Origin: Candidatus Coprovivens sp.
Lineage (GTDB): Bacteria > Bacillota_I > Bacilli_A > RF39 > UBA660
Direction of reading: 5' to 3'
Assembly (NCBI GenBank): GCA_051892935.1
Contig: JBJFGS010000039.1
Location: forward strand, 1-37,158
DNA length: 37,158 bases
Numbering within the stretch: the first letter of the stretch is position 1; every line of letters starts with the position of its first letter. The notes under the pieces are model-generated. The model was not told the DNA's origin, did not search any database, and saw only the letters and a list, made by a program, of their open reading frames with translations. The translations under genes were made by a program, and so were the position numbers. This document shows positions 1 to 9,693 of this stretch, piece by piece.

Positions 1-80
1 AATCAAATTTTGAAAATTGAAATCTTTATGTTCAACATTATACGTGATATAATAATTATCATAGAATAGGAGTTTGATAA

Positions 81-764
81 ATGGAAAATGTTAAAAAAAG
101 AAATGGCGTTTTGGTTATTTTAGTAATTGTTTTATTCTTGGTGTGTATGGGGTTGTGTTCTTTTGCTGGATATGAATATGCTAATTATAATAAAGAAGAA
201 TCATATGATGATGTAAAAACTGATACTACTTTAGATAATAGTAAGAAATCTTTTTATGTTGATATTTATAGGGAATGTGATGCTAAGGGTGGTAAGTCTT
301 GTAACTTAGAATACAATGAAACTGTTAACAATAAAAAATATAATATAGTAATAAAGAAAGAAGAAACTATTGTTGATGGAGTTACTAGTAATATTGAATC
401 TATAAAAATTAATGATATAGAAGAAGACTTTGTAGATATTGCTTATTTATCTGCAGTTGCTATTTTAGAGAATGGTTTAGTTGCTATTAGAATAACACCT
501 TTTTATGTTGGAAGTTCTGTAACTAGTTATTATGATGATAAAGGACTTGTTGATACTATTTCAAATATTGCTTATGATGATTACGACATTACAAAAAATT
601 ATGGAGTATATTTTGATTGTGATGCTAAGTCAGCTGATGATTCGGATTATTCTGATTTTAATCAAACACTTATTATTAAACAATTTGAAATTAATGATAA
701 TAATAAATTTATAAAGAAAGAGATTGGGAGAGTTGAAAATACTTTCTGTACTGTACAAGATTAA
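81..764 (+). CDS. Hypothetical membrane-anchored or secreted protein
   Basis: AGGAG RBS; basic N-terminus then hydrophobic helix; acidic extracellular domain with Cys residues; extended -10 TGATATAAT at 45-53. Confidence 0.8.
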   Translation: MENVKKRNGVLVILVIVLFLVCMGLCSFAGYEYANYNKEESYDDVKTDTTLDNSKKSFYVDIYRECDAKGGKSCNLEYNETVNNKKYNIVIKKEETIVDGVTSNIESIKINDIEEDFVDIAYLSAVAILENGLVAIRITPFYVGSSVTSYYDDKGLVDTISNIAYDDYDITKNYGVYFDCDAKSADDSDYSDFNQTLIIKQFEINDNNKFIKKEIGRVENTFCTVQD

Positions 765-790
765 AAAGTACCTTTTTAAGGTACTTTTTA
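762..790. terminator. Bidirectional intrinsic terminator
   Basis: Inverted repeat TAAAAAGTACCTT-ttt-AAGGTACTTTTTA between convergent genes. Confidence 0.85.
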
Positions 791-1495
791 TATGCTATTT
801 TTTACGGTTGTTCCTATTTTCTTTCCTTCTACTACTTTTAGTAAGTTACCGTGTTCATTTATATCAAATACTATTATAGGAATATCATTATCCATACATA
901 GTGATGTTGCTGTTGTATCCATAACATTTAGTTTTTGATTTAGTACTTCTAAGTATGATATTTCATCTATTTTTATTGCATCTTTATGTTTTTTAGGGTC
1001 TTTATTGTAAATACCATCTACATTGGTTGCTTTTAGTAGGGCATCAGCGTTTATTTCAGCTGCACGAAGAGCTGCTGCTGTATCTGTTGAGAAGAATGGT
1101 GATCCAGTACCACACCCAAAGACTACGATTCTTTGGTTATTTAAATGTTTAAGTGCACGATCTTTTATAAAGTATTCGGCTATTTGACGCATTTCTACTC
1201 CTGTTTGAACTCTTACATCTTGACCTAGTTGTTTGAATGCATCGCCGATGGCTAGAGCATTCATTGTTGTACCAAGCATTCCTATATAATCAGATGTACA
1301 TCTATCCATTTGTTGGTTACTACGTCCTCGCCAGAAGTTACCACCACCTACGACGATAGCTACTTCAATACCTTTTTTAGATATTTCGGTTATTTCACGA
1401 CATGTATTTAGAACTTTTTCAAAGTCTATTCCTGTACCTTTTTCACCTGCTAGCGATTCTCCACTTAGTTTTAATAGTATTCTTTTATATTTCAT
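788..1495 (-). CDS. pyrH: UMP kinase
   Basis: RILLKLSGE, VVGGGNFWRG, DYIGMLGT and PFFSTDTAAALRAAEI motifs. Confidence 0.98.
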   Translation of the reverse strand: MKYKRILLKLSGESLAGEKGTGIDFEKVLNTCREITEISKKGIEVAIVVGGGNFWRGRSNQQMDRCTSDYIGMLGTTMNALAIGDAFKQLGQDVRVQTGVEMRQIAEYFIKDRALKHLNNQRIVVFGCGTGSPFFSTDTAAALRAAEINADALLKATNVDGIYNKDPKKHKDAIKIDEISYLEVLNQKLNVMDTTATSLCMDNDIPIIVFDINEHGNLLKVVEGKKIGTTVKNSI

Positions 1496-1505
1496 ATTTC
1501 CTCCT

Positions 1506-1540
1506 AAAAAAAGACTTATTACCCTATAAGTAATAAGTCT
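1506..1540 (-). terminator. Intrinsic terminator (candidate attenuator) directly before the pyrH RBS
   Basis: 11-bp stem AGACTTATTAC/GTAATAAGTCT followed by a U-tract and then AGGAGG. Confidence 0.8.
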
Positions 1541-1577
1541 AAATAAAAGAGATAGATATTATACTTTTTATATTCAT
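1539..1577 (-). CDS. Putative 12-aa leader peptide MNIKSIISISFI
   Basis: AGGAGGG RBS 6 nt before ATG; TAG stop overlaps the 5' base of the terminator stem. Confidence 0.55.
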   Translation of the reverse strand: MNIKSIISISFI

Positions 1578-1597
1578 ATCTATCCCTCCTTGTATTA

Positions 1598-1626
1598 ATA
1601 ATACTATATTATTTTAGTTTATTCAA
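1598..1626 (-). promoter_or_regulatory. Sigma-A-type promoter for the pyrH leader
   Basis: TTGAAT-N17-TATTAT. Confidence 0.6.
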
Positions 1627-2670
1627 TTATTTAGTATAAGTTTGTTCTAATACTTTATTTAGTAGTGCTTCTTTTCTTACGGCATTATTTGTTTGAATTT
1701 GATCGTATCCTAAAGATCTTAACATTTCTTTTTCTTCTTTAGTTAATTCTCTACTAAATATTGGATCTTCACTTGTTATTTCGTAGCCATAACCATCTTC
1801 TAATAGTTCGTATAATTGAATACCATTTTCAATTCTTTCTTGTTTTTGCTCATCTGGAAATGATAACCATACAGATTCGTTTGTATTCATTTCTACTCCA
1901 TTATAAGCAAATGTGTTTTCGTAAGTAGGAGATGCACCAGCTATGTTGTTAACAGCTGTATCAGTATGATAATGTAAGTTAGTTATTAAACTTACAAGGT
2001 CAGCTGTTGCTATGCCTGTTAATTCAATTAGTTGTGTTTGTCCTTCTACTTCAACGATAACATATAAATTACCATTATTAATAATTGTTTTTGGAGAAGA
2101 TGTTGTTTTTCTTCCTTCGCTTTCAATAACACTATTCATTTTTGTCGCTATTGATTTTTCTAAATTGTTAGCGACAGTACCACATGCAAAAGTTATATAA
2201 GCATCTAGGGCTGGTTTATCCTCTAGATGTTTTTGACAGAATTGTGTTGTTTTATCTACTTGTCCGTATTTAGCAATTAGATATTCATCATACATTTTGT
2301 CAACATCTAAAGATAATACTTCATTTTTTGTTGTATTAGTGTAATCTAAAACATCAAAATAATAGCTGTTTAAGGTATCTGATAATTCGATAGCTTTTCT
2401 TATTTCATCCATAGTAATTGTTTGATTACCATATTTATTAAAACCATAAAATGCTCTTCTAATGTCTTGGGCATCTGTCATTTTAATTTGTGTTCTATCT
2501 GTACTTATTTGTGCGTCTCCTATTATATTTTGTGCTGGTACTGATGCATATGCAACAGATGTTCCAGCTAGCATTAATGCGACTACAAGTGTGGCACTTC
2601 TTGCGACTTTTTGAGCACCTGTTTTGTAGTCTATTTGAGTTATTTTTTCTTTTAACTCTGATATAGTCAT
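1627..2670 (-). CDS. Hypothetical secreted protein
   Basis: 347-aa ORF; signal-peptide-like segment ending AYA; own promoter; no family recognised. Confidence 0.75.
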   Translation of the reverse strand: MTISELKEKITQIDYKTGAQKVARSATLVVALMLAGTSVAYASVPAQNIIGDAQISTDRTQIKMTDAQDIRRAFYGFNKYGNQTITMDEIRKAIELSDTLNSYYFDVLDYTNTTKNEVLSLDVDKMYDEYLIAKYGQVDKTTQFCQKHLEDKPALDAYITFACGTVANNLEKSIATKMNSVIESEGRKTTSSPKTIINNGNLYVIVEVEGQTQLIELTGIATADLVSLITNLHYHTDTAVNNIAGASPTYENTFAYNGVEMNTNESVWLSFPDEQKQERIENGIQLYELLEDGYGYEITSEDPIFSRELTKEEKEMLRSLGYDQIQTNNAVRKEALLNKVLEQTYTK

Positions 2671-2694
2671 AAAAACCCTTCCTTTATAGCTAAG

Positions 2695-2723
2695 ATTCTA
2701 GCATTCTTAGATATTATTGTCAA
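2695..2723 (-). promoter_or_regulatory. Near-consensus sigma-A promoter
   Basis: TTGACA-N17-TAGAAT with extended -10 TG. Confidence 0.7.
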
Positions 2724-2735
2724 TTTTTACATAAG

Positions 2736-2761
2736 AAAAAAGATAGAAATGTCTATCTTTT
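2736..2761 (-). terminator. Intrinsic terminator
   Basis: AAAAGATAGA/TCTATCTTTT stem with U-tract at the gene end. Confidence 0.75.
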
Positions 2762-4676
2762 ATATTAATTTTTTTAGTTCTTTTAGAATTTCTTCTTGTT
2801 CTTCTTTAGATACCTCATTTAATTTTTGATATAATTCTACTACTTTTAGATAATTTTTATTATCTATTGGTTTAGTATTCATAATTGTTACTATTGTATT
2901 AGATTTTCTTATTATATATTCTTTTTCTTCTTTAGATAGTTTATTTGATGTTTCTTCTATAGGAGAATCTTCTTCTATAATAGGTTGTTCTTCTGGTGTT
3001 TCTTGTTTTAATGGTTTATCTTTAATATTTTTAATAGAAGATATTATTAATAGTAATTCTCCTAGATTGAATGTACATTCAAAATAGTTTTCTTTAGATG
3101 ATTTTAATATCTTTATTAAGACATCATTGTTAGATAGATTATCTATTATAATATGATAGTTTAAGGTATTAAGAGAGTTTTTTATGTTATCATATATTAT
3201 TTTATTTAATGCTATGTTAAATTGTTTTTCGTTTTTATCAAGGGCTTGTTTTATATTAGTAGTAGTTTCTTGATTAAGTTTATATATTTTACCATGTTTT
3301 TTTTCTGTATCACGATTTATTACTTTAATATCATATGTTCCTTGATTATAATCTAATTTTAAAATAAATTGTCCTTTATCAAATAAAAGTGCTTTATCGT
3401 TTATATTATAGTAGTTATATAGCATTAAGTGTATTGTCGTAATAATACTTACTGGAAGAGTTCTTTCAGTTTTTTTCTTTTGACCTTTTATAATAATATT
3501 TTCTATTGTTTTTAGATACTCTATATATTCTTTATTTTCTTCACTGGTATTTAATTTATATGTTTTTAATAGTGGTATTATCATATCTAGAGAGATTATG
3601 GCAACAAAATCAATAACATTGTTATCTTCATTATAAAGTAATACTTCATTACGAGGTAATGGGCGATATGTATAGTTTGCAAAACCTTTTATTATTAATT
3701 CTTTTAGAGATTTTTCATTAATACTACGATTTCTTTTTGTAGGATCAATATATTTATCATCTATTAGGATTACTTTTATATAATTTGTTATTTCTTTTAG
3801 ACGTTTTTTGGAAGTTAAAATGTATTCTATTCTCTCTTGAACTATATTTAAGTCTTCTTTTATTGGAGGCTGTTCATCTATATTATTTATAAAACTGTTT
3901 AATATATAGTTTAAATCCTGATATGATATTGATGTTTTATTAGTGTCTGTTTTTAAATCTTTAGCTTCTAAGATATCTGTTTCTTTTAAATGAATACTTT
4001 TTACTTTACCTATTATAGTTGCATATATAGCTGTAAATGCTAGATTTGTTTGATATTTATTATGTAGAACTACTTCAAAGTTTTTCTTGATATTCTTTAA
4101 TATAGATTGAGAAATATTTAATTCATCTTCATTAGTTACTTGTTGCTCTATTTCATCAACTAAGTATCCAGTAACATTTTGATAATAGTTTTTAGGACTT
4201 GGGATATCTATATATGTTGCTTTTTTTCGTTCTTTAATAAGACTTTCGGCTTTTTCTTCAAGCGCTTCTTTTAAATCAGGAATCATTTTTGATAATTCAT
4301 AGTTATTAGAAAGTATTGTTAGAAAGTTATCGTAATTTAATGTATTAAAATCGATTATTTCTTTTTTGATGACATCAGCATGATTAGCATCGTTTTTATT
4401 ATTTATAATTATATATTTATATCGTTCTATTTCTTTTAAATATAGGGAATAAGCGTAAAATACTTTGTTTCCTTCTTTATCTAGTAAATAAGTATATAAA
4501 CAATAGATATGTGGTTCTTTTTCTCTACGTAGTTCAAATAAAACACATATTTGATTTTTTTTAGATCTTATTTTTTGTTTTATCATTGCATAATGAGGAT
4601 AAAAGTAGATATTATTTACTACGCTTCCTTTTTCTATTAAAGTATAATCGTTGATGTTAGATATTTTACTGCTCAT
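2760..4676 (-). CDS. Hypothetical cytoplasmic protein, 638 aa
   Basis: Long ORF with GGGGA RBS, TGTTATAAT extended -10 and a terminator; no motif recognised. Confidence 0.75.
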   Translation of the reverse strand: MSSKISNINDYTLIEKGSVVNNIYFYPHYAMIKQKIRSKKNQICVLFELRREKEPHIYCLYTYLLDKEGNKVFYAYSLYLKEIERYKYIIINNKNDANHADVIKKEIIDFNTLNYDNFLTILSNNYELSKMIPDLKEALEEKAESLIKERKKATYIDIPSPKNYYQNVTGYLVDEIEQQVTNEDELNISQSILKNIKKNFEVVLHNKYQTNLAFTAIYATIIGKVKSIHLKETDILEAKDLKTDTNKTSISYQDLNYILNSFINNIDEQPPIKEDLNIVQERIEYILTSKKRLKEITNYIKVILIDDKYIDPTKRNRSINEKSLKELIIKGFANYTYRPLPRNEVLLYNEDNNVIDFVAIISLDMIIPLLKTYKLNTSEENKEYIEYLKTIENIIIKGQKKKTERTLPVSIITTIHLMLYNYYNINDKALLFDKGQFILKLDYNQGTYDIKVINRDTEKKHGKIYKLNQETTTNIKQALDKNEKQFNIALNKIIYDNIKNSLNTLNYHIIIDNLSNNDVLIKILKSSKENYFECTFNLGELLLIISSIKNIKDKPLKQETPEEQPIIEEDSPIEETSNKLSKEEKEYIIRKSNTIVTIMNTKPIDNKNYLKVVELYQKLNEVSKEEQEEILKELKKLI

Positions 4677-4723
4677 AAAAATTCCCCTTCCGATTATAGT
4701 TATTATAACATATTTTACATAAT

Positions 4724-4747
4724 AAAAAAATGGAATAAATCCATTTT
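4724..4747 (-). terminator. Intrinsic terminator
   Basis: AAAATGGA/TCCATTTT stem with U-tract. Confidence 0.7.
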
Positions 4748-7700
4748 CTATTTTGTTTTAGTGTTATTTAGATTATCTTTAGCAACAGTTAACATTAACT
4801 TAATTCTGTTTATTTGATTAGTATGTGATGCACCTGGGTCATAGTCGATAGCTACTATATTAGATTCTTTATATAAAGATCTTATTTTTTTAACTACTGA
4901 TTTACCAACAATATGGTTTGGTAAACAAGCAAATGGTTGAACACAAACGATGTTATTTATGCCATCTTTAATAAGTTCGACCATTTCGGCTGTTAAGAAC
5001 CATCCTTCGCCTGTTTGATTTCCTGTTGAAAGAATACCGTTAACGTTTTCTGCTAATTCATATATATTACATGTATTACGATATCGAGTATTTTTTAATG
5101 TTTCTCTTACTATCTTTTCATAATAATCTATTATATGTAATACTATACTACTTCCTGTACTAAGAATTTTACCTTTTTTTAGAATTTTTTCTTTTACAAT
5201 ATTATTATATGCACAATATTTAATAAAGCCCATTAGTTCTGGAACAAAAACTTCAGCGCCTTCTGCTTCTAGTTTTTCTACTAGGTTGTCGTTACCAAAT
5301 GTATGATATTTAATTAGTATTTCTCCTACTATACCTACTTTAGGAAGATTTTTATTATTTATTTTTATAGAATTAAAGTCTTCTATTATATCTTTGGTAT
5401 TCTTTTTAAATTCTTTCATATTACCAGTTGCTACTGCTTTATAACATTTTTCATGCCATTTTTGATAGACTTTTTGAGTTTCTCCTTTTGTTACTTCGTA
5501 TGGTCTAGTACCAAGAAGTAATTTCATTAGTAGATCACCATATATTACAGCTTGAAGGGCTTTGTTTAGGAAACTAGGTGTTATTTTAAAGGCTTGTTCT
5601 TTTTCAAGACCAGATGCGTTTAATGATATTATTGATACTTGACTTAAGTTAGCATCTTTTAGTGCTTTTCTTATTAGACCTATATAGTTTGTGGCACGAC
5701 ATCCACCACCTGTTTGAGTTATTATAACACTAGTATTATTTAGGTCATATTGACCACTTTGTAAAGCACTTACTAGTTGACCTATTACTATTATAGCTGG
5801 GTAACAAGCGTCGTTATTTACGTATTTTAAGCCTGTTTCAACAGTTTTTTCTGAACTATCTTTTAAATATACGGCATTATAACCTTCACTTTTTAATAGG
5901 CTTTCAAATAGTGGCATATGAATTGGAGTCATATCTGGAAAAAGAATTGTGTGTTTCTTTTCTTCTTTTTTAAAATAGTTCTTTTTGTACTCATATGTTT
6001 TATATTCAGTTATTTCTTCATTTCTTTTGTTCATTGATGCTATTAAAGAACGAATTCTTATTTTAGCAGCACCTAAGTTATTTATTTCATCAATTTTAAT
6101 AGTTGTATATAGTTTATTATTTCTTTTTAGTATTTCTTCAGTTTGATCTGTTACTATGGCATCTAAACCACATCCAAATGAGTTTAAGTTTACTAGTTCA
6201 ATGTTTTTATATCTTGATACAACATCTGCTGCGTTATATACACGGCTATGATAAGCCCATTGATCTACTACACGTAGTTTTGATTCTATCTTACTAAGAT
6301 GACATATTGAATCTTCTGTAAGTACTGCTAATCCTAGAGAGTTGATCATTGTATCTATACCATGATTTACTTCTTTATCTAAATGATATGGTCTTCCAGC
6401 AAGACATATTGCTTTTTCGTTGTGTTCTTCAATATATTTTAAGAATTCTTCACCTTTTTTTCGAACATCTTCTTTAAATTTGTGTTGTTCAGTAAAAGCT
6501 AATGATACGGCGTTTTCTAATTCTTTTTTGGTAAAATTATATTCTTTAAATTCATCTAATTCAAGAATTCTTTTTACTAAGGCTTTTTCTTCTAATGGTA
6601 AGAAGGGATTTATATATTTTATCTTTTTTTCTTCTATTTTTTCAACATTTAGTTTTATTGCTTCTGAATAGCTTTGAACTATTGGACAATTAAAATGGTT
6701 ATCTGCTGTTTTAAATTCAAGATTTTCGTACATTATACATGGATAGAAAATAGTAGTTATTCCTTTATTAATTAAATTAATTATGTGACCATGTACTAAT
6801 TTAGCTGGATAACATACTGATTCTGATGGCATTGATTCTATTCCTGTTTCATACATTGTTCTGTTTGAATGATCTGATATAACTACTTTAAAACCTAATT
6901 CAGTAAATAATGTGAACCATAATGGATAGTTTTCGTACATATTTAGGACTCTTGGTATTCCGATTGTACCTCTTTTTGGATTATCTAGTGGTTGGTAGTT
7001 GAATAGTCTTTCATATTTCCAAGAGTACATATTTGGAAGGGTGTTGTGAGAACCATTGTTACCACTTCCTCTTTCACAGCGATTACCTGATATGAAACTT
7101 TTTTTATTGAATATATTTATTGTTAAAGCACAATGGTTTTCACATCCTTGACATCTTGATTGAGTTGTTTTAATTTTTAAATTTTCTATTTCTTCTTTTG
7201 TTAGAATGCTACTTTTTATATCTTGATCTTCGTATTGTTTAAAGTTATTTAGAGCAATAAGAGCTACACCATATGCCCCCATTAAGCCAGCTATATCAGG
7301 ACGAATTACTTCTTTTTTAGTTATTATTTCAAATGCTCTAAGGATAGCATCATTTAGAAATGTTCCACCTTGTACTACTATTTTGGAACCTAGTGTTTCT
7401 ACATCTCTTATTTTCATTACTTTTTGAATGGCGTTTTTTATTACAGAGTAAGATAGCCCAGCGAAGATATCACAAGCTGGTCTTCCCTCTTTTTGGGTTT
7501 GTTTTATTTTGGAATTCATAAAAACTGTACAACGTGATCCAAGGTCTATTGGAGATGATGATTTTATTGCTTCTTTTACAAATTCTTCAATCGTAATATT
7601 CATTGATTTGGCTAATGTTTCGATGAATGAACCACACCCCGATGAGCAGGCTTCATTTAACATTATGCTATCTACTGCACCATCTTTTATTTTGATGTAT

Positions 7701-8983
7701 TTCATGTCTTGACCACCAATATCGATGATGCTTTCAACTCCTGGTAGGAAGTAATTAGCTGCTTCATAGTGAGCCATAGTTTCTATTTCACTTATGTCTA
7801 GATTGAAAGCTGTTTTTATCAGTAGTTCTCCATATCCAGTTGAGCCAGCACTTCTTATGATAGTATTTTTAGGTAATACTTTGTATAAGTCTAAAAGCAT
7901 TTCTTTTATTGTATCTACGGGTGTTCCTTTATTATTACGATAGTTTTCATATAATAGGTTACCTTCGTAGTCGATTGCAACAACTTTGGCAGTTGTTGAA
8001 CCGGCATCTATACCTATAAAGATATCTCCTGTATATGTTTTAATTTCTTTTCTTTTTACCTGATCTTTAGAATGACGTTTGCAAAATTTTTCATATTCTT
8101 TTTCATTTTTAAAAAGAGGTTCTAAATTAGAAGAATCTGTTTCTTTAAAGTAACTTAATCTTTTTAATAATGTTTCTATTTCTTCGTTTGTGTATGTTTT
8201 TTCTTCTTCATTACCTAGTATTGCTCCGATACATACAAATAAACGAGCATCATCTGGAGTAATTATTTCATCTTCTTTTAAGTTTAGTGTTTTTACGAAT
8301 CGTTCTTTTAACATGGATAAGTAATTAAGGGGACCACCTAGGAATATGACATTACCTTTTATTGGTTTACCACATGCTAAACCGCTAATAGTTTGATTTA
8401 CTACGGCTTGCATTATTGATAGTGCAATATCTTCTTTTTTTGCTCCTTCATTTAGGAGTGGTTGGACATCAGTTTTAGCGAATACGCCACAGCGTGAAGC
8501 GATTGGGTAGATTCTTTTTCCAGATGACGCTAGTTCGTTTAGTCCTTCAGTTGTTGTGTTTAATAAGACTGCCATTTGATCTAAGAATGCACCAGTTCCT
8601 CCAGCACATGTTCCATTCATTCTTTGTTCAATTGTTTGATCAAAGTAAATTATTTTGGCATCTTCTCCACCTAATTCAATAGCAACATCTGTAGATGGTG
8701 CGTATTCTTTTATTGAGTTTTTACATGCTATAACTTCTTGAATAAATGGGATGTTTAAATATTTTGCTAGAGCTATTGCTCCACTTCCTGTTGCAGCTAC
8801 TCTAAATCTTTTATTGGGAAATCTTTCTAACACTTCGTTAAACAAATCTTTAATTGTTTTTTTGGTATCAGAAAAGTGTCTTCGATATTCACTATATAAT
8901 ATTTCTTTTTTATTATTCATCACAACCATTTTAACTGTTGTTGAACCTACGTCTATTCCTATATTTAATATTTTACTTCTCAT
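4748..8983 (-). CDS. 2-hydroxyacyl-CoA dehydratase activator-like fusion (two HgdC/BcrAD-type ATPase domains plus DUF2229-type domains)
   Basis: Two GIDxGSTTxK motifs; ELGGEDAK and DIGGQDMK; MNGTCAGGTG and LNEACSSGCG Fe-S Cys motifs; CYPAK and ACYPA in the C-terminal half. Confidence 0.9.
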   Translation of the reverse strand: MRSKILNIGIDVGSTTVKMVVMNNKKEILYSEYRRHFSDTKKTIKDLFNEVLERFPNKRFRVAATGSGAIALAKYLNIPFIQEVIACKNSIKEYAPSTDVAIELGGEDAKIIYFDQTIEQRMNGTCAGGTGAFLDQMAVLLNTTTEGLNELASSGKRIYPIASRCGVFAKTDVQPLLNEGAKKEDIALSIMQAVVNQTISGLACGKPIKGNVIFLGGPLNYLSMLKERFVKTLNLKEDEIITPDDARLFVCIGAILGNEEEKTYTNEEIETLLKRLSYFKETDSSNLEPLFKNEKEYEKFCKRHSKDQVKRKEIKTYTGDIFIGIDAGSTTAKVVAIDYEGNLLYENYRNNKGTPVDTIKEMLLDLYKVLPKNTIIRSAGSTGYGELLIKTAFNLDISEIETMAHYEAANYFLPGVESIIDIGGQDMKYIKIKDGAVDSIMLNEACSSGCGSFIETLAKSMNITIEEFVKEAIKSSSPIDLGSRCTVFMNSKIKQTQKEGRPACDIFAGLSYSVIKNAIQKVMKIRDVETLGSKIVVQGGTFLNDAILRAFEIITKKEVIRPDIAGLMGAYGVALIALNNFKQYEDQDIKSSILTKEEIENLKIKTTQSRCQGCENHCALTINIFNKKSFISGNRCERGSGNNGSHNTLPNMYSWKYERLFNYQPLDNPKRGTIGIPRVLNMYENYPLWFTLFTELGFKVVISDHSNRTMYETGIESMPSESVCYPAKLVHGHIINLINKGITTIFYPCIMYENLEFKTADNHFNCPIVQSYSEAIKLNVEKIEEKKIKYINPFLPLEEKALVKRILELDEFKEYNFTKKELENAVSLAFTEQHKFKEDVRKKGEEFLKYIEEHNEKAICLAGRPYHLDKEVNHGIDTMINSLGLAVLTEDSICHLSKIESKLRVVDQWAYHSRVYNAADVVSRYKNIELVNLNSFGCGLDAIVTDQTEEILKRNNKLYTTIKIDEINNLGAAKIRIRSLIASMNKRNEEITEYKTYEYKKNYFKKEEKKHTILFPDMTPIHMPLFESLLKSEGYNAVYLKDSSEKTVETGLKYVNNDACYPAIIVIGQLVSALQSGQYDLNNTSVIITQTGGGCRATNYIGLIRKALKDANLSQVSIISLNASGLEKEQAFKITPSFLNKALQAVIYGDLLMKLLLGTRPYEVTKGETQKVYQKWHEKCYKAVATGNMKEFKKNTKDIIEDFNSIKINNKNLPKVGIVGEILIKYHTFGNDNLVEKLEAEGAEVFVPELMGFIKYCAYNNIVKEKILKKGKILSTGSSIVLHIIDYYEKIVRETLKNTRYRNTCNIYELAENVNGILSTGNQTGEGWFLTAEMVELIKDGINNIVCVQPFACLPNHIVGKSVVKKIRSLYKESNIVAIDYDPGASHTNQINRIKLMLTVAKDNLNNTKTK

Positions 8984-9060
8984 AGAAACACCTCTTTTTT
9001 GAGTTTATCACTTATATTTTTTTACTTCAATAAACGATCTTTATTCTTAATAATTCTTAA

Positions 9061-9636
9061 TTATTCAATATCTTTTAAGTAGATGTTCCAGTTATTAAAC
9101 ATTTGATATATTTTTTCTACTGGTACTCCTAGTATGTTGTAGTAACTTCCTTCTATTTTAGAAATAAAGTTAGAACATATTGTTTCTATTATAAATCCTG
9201 ATGCATATAATGCATCTTTTTCGTTTTCAATATAGTAATCTATGTCTTGTTTTGCAATATTGTTAAATGATACTATTGTTTCTTGATAGTCTGTTTTAGT
9301 TTCATTATTCTTTTTATTAATTAAAGTAATTCCTGTTATTACTTTAGTTTTATTATTGGAACTATTTCTTAGATTGTCTTTTGCTTCTTCGATGTTCTTT
9401 GGCTTTTCTACTATTTTGTCATTTATTAATACTATTGTATCTAGACCTATTATTATATCTGTATCTATATCTTTGATACTTGTTGCTTTTTTTAGGGAGA
9501 GGTCTTTTACATAGTCGTATGGATTTGAATAATTGGAAAATTCATCGCAGATTGGAGCTACTGAGTTATGGTGTATTCCTACGGTATTTAAAATATTATT
9601 TTTGAATTTAGATGTACTAGCTAGTGTAATTTTCAT
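9061..9636 (-). CDS. maf: Maf-family nucleoside triphosphate pyrophosphatase
   Basis: LASTS, IIGLDTIV, EKP and IEGSYYNILGVP motifs. Confidence 0.9.
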   Translation of the reverse strand: MKITLASTSKFKNNILNTVGIHHNSVAPICDEFSNYSNPYDYVKDLSLKKATSIKDIDTDIIIGLDTIVLINDKIVEKPKNIEEAKDNLRNSSNNKTKVITGITLINKKNNETKTDYQETIVSFNNIAKQDIDYYIENEKDALYASGFIIETICSNFISKIEGSYYNILGVPVEKIYQMFNNWNIYLKDIE

Positions 9637-9665
9637 ATTATTTTCTCCTTTTTGTTTATTATAAC

Positions 9666-9693
9666 AAAAAAAAGACTATTGTTAGTCTTTTTT
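9666..9693 (-). terminator. Intrinsic terminator
   Basis: AAAAAAGACTA/TAGTCTTTTTT inverted repeat. Confidence 0.8.
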
